This document shows positions 50,268 to 61,298 of a DNA stretch of 64,000 bases, in pieces. Below the pieces are notes generated by a model, which saw nothing but the letters and a program-made list of their open reading frames with translations, had not been told where the DNA came from and ran no database searches. The stretch comes from Squalus acanthias (Eukaryota), in assembly GCA_030390025.1 (NCBI GenBank), contig CM059432.1, forward strand, positions 21,330,001-21,394,000. Direction: 5' to 3'. A program made the position numbers and the translations under genes. Positions within the stretch are counted from its first letter, which is position 1. Each line of letters begins with the position of its first letter.

Positions 50268-51225
50268 TACGGTAGCATAGTGATTATGTTACTTGACTAG
50301 TAATCCAGAGGCCTGGACTAATGATCTGGAGACATGAGTTCAAATCCCACCACGGCAGCTGGGGAATTTAAATTCAGTTAATTAAATAAAAAGCTAGTAT
50401 CAGTAATGATGACCATGAAACTACTGGATTGTCGTTAAAACCCATTTGGTTCACTAATGTCCTTTAGGGCTGTCTTTACCTGGTCTGGCCTATATGTGAC
50501 TCCAGACCTCCATAGAAGATAGGAGCAGGAGTTGGCCATTCGGCCCCTTGAGCCTGCTCCGCCATTTAATGAGATCATGGCTGATCATCCAAATTCCGTA
50601 CCCTGTCCCTGCTTTATCCCCAGATCCCTTTAGCCTTAAGAAATATATCTATCTCCTTCTTGAATATATTTAATGAATTGGCCTCAACTGCCTTCTGTGG
50701 TAGAGAATTCCACAGGTTCACCACTCTCTGGGTGAAGAAATTCCTCCTCATCTCAGTCCTAAATGGCTTACCCCTTATCCTTAGACTGTGACCTCTTGTT
50801 CTGGACTCCCCCGCCATCGGGAACATCCTTCCTGCATCTAGTCTGTCTAGTCCTGTTAGAATTTTATAAGTTTCAATGAGATCCCCTCTCATTCTTCTAA
50901 ACTCTAGCGAATATAAGCCAGACCCACAACAATGTGGTTGACTCTTAAATGGGCGAGCAAGCCACTCAATTGTATCAAAACCGCTACATAGAAAAATAGG
51001 AGCAGGAGTAGGCCATTCGGCCCTTTGAGCCTGCTCTGCCATTTAATATGATCATGGCTGATCCTCTATCTCAATACCATATTCCTGCTCTTTCCCCATA
51101 CCCGTGACAATGTCAGTACTGTGGGCATACCTTCACCACATGGACTGCAGCGGCTCACCACCACCTTCTCAAGGGCAATTAGGGATGGGCAATAAATGTT
51201 GGCCTGGCCAGTGATGCCCACATCG
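50268..51225 (+). mobile_element. tRNA-derived SINE interrupted by minus-strand CR1 3' fragments (~50510-50920, ~50985-51100)
   Basis: A-box-like GGTAGCATAGTG, B-box GAGTTCAAATCC; LINE-derived tail gggcaattagggatgggcaataaatg. Confidence 0.7.
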
Positions 51226-53254
51226 AACAAATAAATAAAAAAAATACAGAATATAAAAGAAAAAAGGTAATGATGATTCTATATAAAACCTTAATGCATC
51301 TCAGGTAGCGTACTGTGTGCAGTATTGGGCTTCACGCTATACGAAGGACAATGAGGTTTTAGTGAGGGTACAACACAGATTCACTGGGATGCTGCCTAGT
51401 ATGAGGAAATGCTCGGGATGGAGTCTTCTGTCCAATCAACAAATGAGTCTCATAAAGCAGGAAATGCTGGTTATAAAGTGGGAAACATTGCTTATAATGG
51501 GGGAATGTGACTTATAAAGTGAAGAATGCTACTTATAAAATGGGAACACTGCTTGTGAAGGTGGAATGTGATTTATGAAGCAGCTACTTAGCAAACGAAG
51601 ACCATTGCTTATCAGATACAGAATGTTGCTGTAAAGTGGGAAACTATTTCTAAGGGAGAATCATTGCTTTTAAAACGGGAGCATTGCGTGCCACTGGAAA
51701 TGTTTTTGCTAAATTTAGAGAACGGAAGGAAATGGTCTCCAAGGTGTGATTATGATCACAACAGCATACACTATCACTTGTGATTCAAGAAAATATCCCA
51801 GAAAGGACATTAAAAAGCCTTGAATCCCTTAAAATTACCAATTTGTCTGAGAAGAAGCAATTAAACACTTGCTTCCGTAATTACCAGTTTTGCATTTTAA
51901 ATGCAAGCTTGCAAGAGAAATGTGAAATCTCCAAGTTTGGTTGTAAATGGATGCGGTTAAAATCTCACAGACGTTTCTGATGTTGTGTTGCTGGTGGGAG
52001 CCATGCCGGCAGTGTATACTGGAAATTCAGGCACGTTATTGAGATCAAAAAGTTAGACGGAAAATGTGGCTGAGTTACAGTATGAGGTTTCCTGCTGGCA
52101 ATATTAAGGGGGCATCTTGTTATAATTCAGATACCACTCATTTCTAACTTATGTATCTTGCAATTTCTTAGCAGTGCTGGCCTGGACATTCCCACAAGGG
52201 TGCTCCCAGTCTCCCACCGTAATCCCCAGAGAAATGGTGTAAATAATTCCACAATCCAAATAATTGGGAATAAAATGCAAATTTAGACCAAGTTTAGACT
52301 GGTCAGGTTTAGCTGTTCCTTTAAGATACTGGTACTGCTCTTATACAGAATTGGCCAGTTTGAGTCTTTTCTGTGAATGCCCAAGTCCATTTTCAAGACT
52401 TAGATCGATACTTGTTGGGTATCAAGGGATATGGAGCATATGGTTAAAACATGGAGTTGTGATCTAATTGAATGATGGAACAGGCTCAAGGCGCTGAATG
52501 GCCTACTCCTGTTCCTAATGTTCCTACGTTCCAATTTGTATCTGCCATCTCTGGTGGTTTAAGGGAGATATATATATTCATGTTGAATAGTGGAGGGGAG
52601 GGAGAAGATATATTTGAGCTCTTGGCCATTGAGTAAAGAGGTGGGGAGATATGGAGGATGGATCTGTAGACTCCCTACGGCAGTTTTCTTTTAATTTTGA
52701 CTTGAAAGGCTTGAAAGAAAAATAGAAAGTACAATCAGCATATGATTTGAAAAACACAAGCTTCGGCTCCTTGTAATTACAGTTTGAAGAATTTTGTTTG
52801 TATAGAACTCATTCTTTACAATTCAAAATCCATGTTTAGACTCAAATCTTTACCCACAAGAACCGAATTTCACCAGCCACTATCACTCAAATGTTGACAA
52901 ATTGATAGGGAAGGTGTTTTTATCAATTATTTGTAACTGCTTCCATTTTAAGATACCGTGACGTGCATTTTTCTTCCTTCTAAGTGACATGCCACAAATG
53001 GAATTATCATTGCTGTAATAGCATCTATCTCTTATGTGCAGGGAACATTTAACGAACAGTGTCACCAGAGCAGGAGTAATAAGCACTGTGATAATAAAAG
53101 CCAGGCAGCAGGTTTTGTTTGAATGTATTACTTTACACTTATATTACCTGCTTGCAATCATCCTTTTTTGCATGTTGTAACCCCATGAAGTCTATTTAGG
53201 ATTATAGAAACTAATATCACCTTTAGACTACAGTACTGCCAACATCTGCCAAAG

Positions 53255-54680
53255 GAACATAGGAACAGGAGTAGGCCAATCAGCCCCTCGAGCCTACTTC
53301 GCCATTCAATTCATGGCTGATCTGCATTTTAACTCTATTGACCCGCCTTGGTTCCATGGGCGAAAAATTCGGTTGCTTTGCACCTCCCGCTAACGGGGCA
53401 CATAGCAAAGAGCGCCCGGGCGCGGCGCCGCCAACGCCTCCCGCGAAATTCAGCGGGAGGTTAGCGTAGGCGCTAACCGTTAGCGCCCTGTGGCGCTGCA
53501 CCGCCGCCGATGACATCATCGCCGTGCGCAGCGCCCTGCTCGCGCCCCGGCTGCGATCTTCGGAAGCGCCCCCTGACTTACCGTCGGACGCTATGTGCGA
53601 CGGGGTCAGTGGGGCCTACCTGCGGCCGGGGCGGGTCTATTTAAAGGCGAGGTGCCGGGCGGCCATTTTTGTTGCTGGCCGCCTGCCAGCTCCTGCCTCC
53701 GCTCCCGTCCCCGGCCTCCTTTCCCGCCCCCCCGCAGAGTGTCGGCTGCGCTCCATGAGCCCGGCACTTCTCTTGAGTGCCGGGCTCTTTTGACGGCACT
53801 CCCGATCCCCGGGGGCCCAGCTGGGCCCCGGGTCGCGCTGCACAAGGCCCCTCCCCTTTAAGAAGGGGAGGAAGGCCGTAGCGCCGCTATATTCCCTCGC
53901 AGCGCCCCAACAGGGAGGCGGGGTGCTTCCAGTAGCACCCCACTTCCCTCTTGGGGTGCTACCACTCAATTTCGGTCACGGGGGTGCTACTTTTAACGCC
54001 CCGGCGAAGTTAGCGTCCCAAAGGGGGCGCGACTCAATTTTTCGCCCCATATCTCTTAATACCCTTGGCAAACAAAAATCTATCAATCTCAGTTTTGAAA
54101 ATTTGAATTGACCTAGCCTCAACAGCAGAGAGAGTTCCAGATTTCTATTACACTTTTCCTGAAGAAGTACTTCCTAACATCACCCTGAATGGCCTAGCTC
54201 TAATTTTATGGTTATTCCCCCTTTTTCTGGACTGCCCCACCAAAGGAAATGGTTTCTTTCTAGTTACCCTTTCTAGTTCCTCAGAGGGTTGTGAATCTTT
54301 GGAATTCTCTGTCCCAGAGGGCTGTGAATGCTGAGTCTTTGAGTATATTCAAGGCTGAGATAGATAGATTTTTGGACTCATGGGGAATCAAGGGATATGG
54401 AGATCGGGCGGGAAAGTGGAGTTGAGGTCGATGATCAGCCATGACCTTATTGAATGGCAGAGCAGGCTCGAGGGGCCATCAGGCCTACTCCTGCTCTTAT
54501 TTCTTATGTTCTTATGTACCCTATCAAATGCTTTCATCGTCTTATACACCTCAATTATATCACCCCTTAATCTTCTATACTCAAGGAAATACAAGCCTAG
54601 TCTATGTAAACTGACCTCATCATTTAACCCTTTTATCCCCGGTATCATTCTGGTGAATCTGCGCTGCACTCGCTCCAAGG
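53255..54680 (-). mobile_element. CR1 3' fragment containing a MITE and an oppositely oriented CR1 3' end (~54279-54515, +)
   Basis: ERVQRRFTRMIPG, RRLRGDIIE on minus; CR1 tails in both orientations. Confidence 0.8.
53358..54047. mobile_element. 690-bp GC-rich non-autonomous Harbinger (MITE)
   Basis: Perfect TIR GGGCGAAAAATT / AATTTTTCGCCC; CAT TSD at 53355-53357 and 54048-54050. Confidence 0.9.
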
Positions 54681-55928
54681 CTCCCTGAGGTGCAGCAACT
54701 AGATTTTGCAGTGATATCAGGTAACCGAGGTGGTGCTGCTGCTAGAGGAATAGGAATAGGTATCTGTTCCTCCTGAAGCTGAAGTGCCACCACCAATGCA
54801 GTAAAATTTGTTATGTCTACCAGCAAACTGAGTTCAATCTGTCTATACCAGCCTGCAGTGCACCTTTTGTTTTGCAAAGCAAGGCCTTTCCCAATCATTA
54901 GGGTACGTCTTGCGGCCATTAAAAAAACACTGCAAATGCGCTAACTTGCTTAAGGCTTCCTCTGCAGGTGGAGATTGGGGAAATTAGAAGTTAAGCCATT
55001 GCACATATGTGATCCAAACTAACGGTGAATAGGAGCCAGATCATCTGTCTGAACCTCTCAGCACGGTGATAGTCCTGAATGTGTGTGGGGCAAGGAGGTC
55101 CTAAAAGAGATGAAAAAGCACAAGATAGAAATAACAATCAGACTGTTTGTTATAATATTCTGTGTGGATAGTAAAACTATTCAGTGTTATGTACACACAT
55201 TCAGCCAGTACTCAGTGAGGATTTTATTTGTCTCAGATTCTAAGAATTGGCTCTATGGGACATATAGCATTTCTCTCAGGCTTTTCCTTGCACCATATGA
55301 CACCATTTTGGGAATAATATATTTTCAAATAAGACAAAGATGGAATTGTATCACTGTTTTCCTTACTTATTACAGTTTGTCTTTTTCTCAATGTGATCAT
55401 TAATGAAGTGATTATGAAATGCAATTCAAAATATGGTCTCAAAGTGTTCAGATCCTAGTGTCATTAGGCATCTGCATGGAAATACAAATGCCTATGCAAA
55501 ATATTATTTCAAATTTACATTTAAATGTTCATTCATGCTTGGCTGGTTCAGTGATTCTAGTGGTTGAATAATGAGCACTTGACTTCATTCCCAAGGGTTG
55601 TCCTTCTATTTGAACTCAATTGCTTCAGTTGCATAGAAAATGCTTCAAGTCCTTCAGCAGCAAGTTATACTCTGACAAACTGCCACTGGGAATGTTCTAA
55701 TGAGATAGCTGGGTTCTTGATTCCGATTAGTTCATTGGCTATGAAGAGATGATGTTATATAATGCTTTGTGAACTTGACCTAGGAAAAGATCAGAAAGAA
55801 ATACTGAAGGGGCGATATTAACCCTACTACCTGGTGGAAATCATGCAGCATATTCCTCATGATAATAATTGGATCTATGTCCGCACATATTTGCCTGCAG
55901 TATCATAAATTAGATATAGGTTGGGGCA

Positions 55929-56119
55929 TATTTTCTGACTGGCACTGTTCCCACACAAACGCTTAATGTGCTTGCTCAAAATTCCCGAGTGTGCCTTTTA
56001 AAGCACATGCTAATCCATTTAAAGTAAATGGATTAAAGCATGCATTAAAAAAAGTACACGGAGGAATTTAGTACAAACCTATTACACATTAATACAGGAA
56101 CAGTGCCAGTCAGAAAATA
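55929..56119. repeat. Fold-back (palindromic) element
   Basis: Perfect 23-bp inverted arms TATTTTCTGACTGGCACTGTTCC; inner arms taatccattt/aaatggatta. Confidence 0.8.
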
Positions 56120-56154
56120 AACCGCATAATTCCATAGCAATCTGTGTGTGACAT

Positions 56155-56740
56155 CAACAACTTGCAATTATATAGCGCCTTTAACCTAGTAAAACATCCC
56201 AAGGTCCTTCACAGGAGCATTATCAGACAAAAAAAATTGACACCAAGCAAAGAAGGAGAGTTTAGAACAGGTAATGAGGTAGGTTTTAAGGAGTGTCTTA
56301 ATGAGGAGGGAGGTGGCGAGGCAGAGGTTTAGGGAGGGAATTCCAGAGCTTAAGGCCTTGACAGCTGAAGATACCAATGATAGGGCAAAGAAAGTCGGTG
56401 ATGCACAAAAGACCAGAATTGGAGGTACACAGAGTTCTTGGAGGGTTGTAGGGTTGGAGGAGGTTACAAAGATAGGGAGGGGTGAGGCCATGGAGGGAAT
56501 TGAACATGAGGATGAGAATTTTTAAACTGAGGTGTTCATTCAGGGATCAGGAGCCAATGTAGGTCAGCGAGCGCAGGAGTGATGGGCAAACAGGACTTGT
56601 TGCGAGTTAGGATACGGGCAGCAGAGTTTTGAATGAGCTCAAGTGTATGGAGGGTGGAAGATGGGAGGCCGGCCAAGAGAGCATTGGAATAGTCGGGTCT
56701 GGAGGTAACAAATGCCTGGATGAGGGTTTCAGCAGCAGGT
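56155..56740 (-). mobile_element. L2-clade LINE 3' fragment
   Basis: SLHGLTPPYLCNLL...LWNSLP; aacaacttgcaattatatagcgcc tail. Confidence 0.75.
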
Positions 56741-57419
56741 GGGCAGGGGCGGAGACGGGCGCTGTTACAGTGACTTGAGGATCAGTCTTTGGAATGCTAC
56801 AACATTCTACACCACAGAACTATGGAGGTGGGTCTCCACCTGGAGTTCTCCGCACATCAAGCTCCAGATTTCAATCATGTCTCTAAAGATAAAGGCATCT
56901 TCCCAGAGACACACAGAGAAAAAAAACTGTAAGAGTAGTAGTTCTATTTAAATAGGGCCCTTTAGCTTGCTACCTAGAAGCAGGGATGGCTTTACTGTTT
57001 AATAGCATTTCCTTTGTCTTCTTTTGTGGGAGAGCAGGAAAAGGAGAGAGAACAGCACTGAATTCCAGCTGAGTGAATATCAGGAATAAAGGCCTAGAAA
57101 AACAGAAACCAGCAAGTCAATCAAGGGCTAAATATAAATGGGTAGCAGAATGCAATTGGCTTTTGGGACGAATTACGAATACTTCAGATCTGATTTCCGA
57201 AGCTCTCCGCTGGTGGTGTGGAGTCTTGCTGCCAGCAGGCGCATGTTGGATAATTAGGCCCCCAAAATTGTGCTCTCGATTTGCATCCTGCCTGATCTCG
57301 ATTTTGGGGCCAAAAACAAAACGAGGCCACACTCAGCCTCATTTAAATATTTAAATTATATTAAAACAGCTGAACCGTCCCCATTCAAAATATAATTATG
57401 CTCCAAAACTTCACATTTA

Positions 57420-57800
57420 CTGATGCTGACCCAAAAGTGCACACAGCACTCAAACTGTGGCCTAATCAATGTTTTGTACAAATTCATAACATTTGCTTTT
57501 ACACTCAATGCCCCTATTTATAAAATCCAAAATGCTGTTGGCCTTTTTTTATGGATTCATCTAGCTGCACTCACACTTTCAGGAAATCATCTATTTGAAT
57601 CTCTGATGTCTTTTTATTCATTGACAATTTTCTACATCTTTCCGATGAGTGTATACTTTTTGTTTTTATTACCAAAATGTATTACTTCAAACTTGTCCAC
57701 ATGAAATGACACCTGTCACCTGTATGACCATTCTGCAAACCTATCTAGGTCTTCCTGAAATTTTTTACTGTTCTTCTCAGTGTTTTCATAAACCCTAAGT
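57420..57800 (-). mobile_element. Old CR1 RT fragment
   Basis: KFQEDLDRFAEWS followed by a decayed KFEVIHFG motif. Confidence 0.6.
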
Positions 57801-58604
57801 GAACAATTGGTCAAGTTTTCTGTACCCAACCTAACTTCCCCTTTAATGGTGAACTGTAGCCCTTTAAAAGCTGCCTTACTAGATTTTTGATCTCTCCTGG
57901 CAATTGTGCTACAGGCCAAATTCTCTGGGCAAGCTTCTCACGTGTAGAAGCCCATTCAAATTAGGGAAGGGACTTCCATTGCAAAAATCGGCACATTGCA
58001 CCACCTGAGCTGCCTGTGGAAATGAGCTGTGTCATAGGACAGCACGGCCCCGTTTTAGGTATTATTGCAAAATTGGGGCTGAACAAGTTTATTCTGTAAT
58101 GTTATTAGGAATTTATGTAAGATCACGCTCTTCTGTCATTTCAAGAATGACACTATTCGTGATGCCACTGACATTTTTTGAAAGGTGATTTGCTTTCTGA
58201 GGGTAGACAGGTTTCATTGGTTCTGTTTGAATTTATATGAATCGTTGAGTGCTTGTCCATATTGCATTTTATGAGCGCTCAAGTTAGATCAGGAAATGTG
58301 AGATGAAGGGTGGGAAGGCACCTGTGATATAGTTCTGAACTTTGTTCTTTGGGTATGGGCAATTTTAGTAATGCCACAATTATTGTCCATCCTTAATTGC
58401 TCTGAGAAGTTGGTCTGAACATTTCCTTGAACCACTGCAGTTCTTGTAGTGACTGTGTTCCCACAATGGTGTTAAATAGGGAATTCCAGGATTTTGACAC
58501 AATGATGAAGGAATGGTGATTACATATCCAACTCAGAATGCTGTGTGACTTGAAGAGGAAATTGGAAATGATGGTGTTGTCATGGCAATGCTGCTGTTGT
58601 CGTT

Positions 58605-59060
58605 CTCAGTGGTAAGCGTTCTCCAAGGCGGCCTTCGAGATACACGACAGCGCAAAATCATAGAGCAGAAACTGATAGCCAAGTTCCGCACTCATGAGGA
58701 TGGCCTCAATCGCGATATTGGGTTCATGTCACGATACAGAACGTGACTTGACATCATGGCCGGTCTTCCCAGGTGTTTTTTTTTAAAAAAGGCTAACACA
58801 AGAACCTACACAGATTGACAGGATATGCAGCCAGCAGGTGGTTTGACACGTTGGACCCCCTGGGACACATCTCATTGTCTTGGCTATGCTCTTTGATGTA
58901 GGGAAAGATTTGAATATATTTTGTCTGTGTTTAAATTGTGAATTCTGGGAGATTCTCTCACTGCTAAAATTACCTGACGAAGGAGCGAACTGCTCCGAAA
59001 GCTTGTAAAATTAAATAAATCTGTTGGACTATAACCTGGTGTTGTGCGACTTCTCATCTT
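58605..59060 (+). mobile_element. Penelope-like element 3' end (GIY-YIG endonuclease C-terminus + pLTR)
   Basis: LQGGLRDTRQRKIIEQKLIAKFRTHEDGLNRDIGFMSRY from 58621; hammerhead motif and AATAAA downstream. Confidence 0.85.
58970..59008 (+). ncRNA. Minimal type I hammerhead ribozyme
   Basis: CUGACGA core, stem II GGAGC/GCUCC, GAAA, palindromic AAGCUU stem III, stem I UUAC/GUAA. Confidence 0.8.
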
Positions 59061-59220
59061 TCTCAGTGGTAGACATTGCAGTGCTGGCAGCCACACCTGG
59101 TGAGGCCACCTTAAGATTTTGAGCTGTACTTATCACACACTGGCTACATCATTGTGGGTAGCCTGATGTATGTTGGAGGAGATTACTGATGTATGTTGGA
59201 GGAGCTCCGAGAGCGATCAA

Positions 59221-60003
59221 AGCCGAGAAATTCCATGACTCTGCATCCATTTTACAGGTGTAAAAGTGTCCAATATGGTGGGAAGTGTACATGTGCACAT
59301 TCTGAGCCAGAAGTGAGCCACCCGTCGTATTGTTGTATGCATTAAAAGATGCATCCAGGGCCCCTGCCTGAAACTGGTGTTAGGCTCTTTGCATATGTAA
59401 ATCGGGGCCCTAGCCTGTTTGAGGCCCCTTTTGTAAAGGTAGGCTCCCAAGCCGACCAGGTAAATTCAGGTCTACCTGCGGCCTAATCACTCCAGGCTGT
59501 CACCAAAAAAGTAAATGTGGAGCCAGAAGGAGCAGGAGTGCTCCAGCGGCTCCATGTTAAATCATGGGCCGCTGCCGGCCACCGCTCACCCCCCACCCCC
59601 CCCACCTCCTCCCGATTGCCTCCCTCCCTCTCCTGATCTCTTCACCCCTGTCTCTCTCGGTCGCTGCTTCATTTCCTCTCTCAATCACTCCCTCCTCCCC
59701 TCTCCCGATCACTTCCCTGCGCTTTACTGGTTGCTGTCTGCCTTCCCCCCGATCGCTGACCCTCACCTCTTCCAGTGGTCCCCTCCCTCCCGCTTGCTTC
59801 CCCTTCACTCCTGACTGACCCCCCCCCCCCCCCACCCGATCACTTGCCCCCTTCCAAGACCAACCTCAGGGCCACTGTCATCGATGCAGTGGCTCAAAAT
59901 TGAAATATCTTCGGGTTGACGTAAACGAGGCCCACCTGATAGTGGGATCATTCCCTGCACCCAGTTTGCGCCAGCCTGTCGGTGTGAACTAACTTCTCGG
60001 CCC
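59221..60003. mobile_element. Non-autonomous Harbinger-like element
   Basis: Imperfect termini gccgagaaatt / aacttctcggccc; C-rich low-complexity interior. Confidence 0.5.
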
Positions 60004-61298
60004 AGGAGTCTCACCGACATTATGTAGGCCTGTCCATTGGCTTGGTGTTGTTGAGCTATTCACTTGCCCCCTCTGTAATGCACTGTTCCTAATCATTATC
60101 CTTTTATTTGCTGTTATTCTCACCTTATTTTTAAAACTTGCTTCAATCAAAAGTAAAAAAAAAATCAAAAAGACTGCTGTGATTTTAGTGTTGCTGTCAA
60201 CTTACATATGGCATATGAGGGAGAAGGGAATAGAGGGTTATGCTGATAGATTTAGATGAGGAAAGAGGCTCAAGTAGAGCATAAACGCCGGCATGGACTG
60301 GTTGGGCTGAATGGCCTGTTTCTGTGCTGTATATCCTATGTAATCACTGCTTGTAACAACTTTAACTGTACTGAACAGTTACTCTAACCACTTCACATTG
60401 TCTTGTGGGGTAACAATGCTTCTTTTAGGTGTGGTACTCTGTAAAGAACGTACTCCTGAGCAGGCTCTCATTAGTTGAAGATATTTGATTTAGTAAAGTG
60501 AATCTGGCATGAATAACCAGTTGTTTATTCACACACATTAAAAATATAATTGCTGTACTTCATCACCTAACAACAGACATCAGAGGCAATAATCACCTTG
60601 CCACCTCTTAGCTTAATGCAGGTATCAGGACGGAGTTATTGAGGAACTAATGAAATATTTATGCCACAAGCTGCATTTTAATAGATCTTGCTCAAGAATC
60701 CTGCCTTAGGGTGCAATATTTCTTTATCGCTAATACAAACAGCTCAGACAAACCTATACAGAATTAATCATGACATTGGAATTTTCTTACCTGTAAATGT
60801 GCATTAGCTTCAGCGGCAGTTTGCAGATGATCGAGGGCAGTTCCACTTTAGAGTGCAATGAGTCAAGCACAGATTGGTGACGAATATACATAATTCTGCA
60901 GGCAAGAGTGTGTAGATATTAATCTGGTTATTGTTAGCAGGAATGCAGAGTGTCATCCTTGTGACTGTACGTATTTACTTCATGCTGAGGTATTCACTTA
61001 TTTTTACTGCTAGAACGGATCTGAAGTAACGTCTTTCAGTGATGGTGGCAGTCGAAGCAGCAGAGAGAAAGAAAGCAATTACCAAAAGTGGTATTAGCAT
61101 ATGTTGTGCAGCATACAGCATATGGCAAACCACGTATGGAAGGCAACATTTAAAAACTGAATGGCACCCTGTTATTAATTGTCATGGCAATGCATACATA
61201 AATAATGAGGTTTGTTACTGTGGACCTGTTGAGGAACTGTATGCTGTAACTTAAAAGTCACCCAGTTCTCCTATCCGAAGTGGCTATGGAATTATAAC

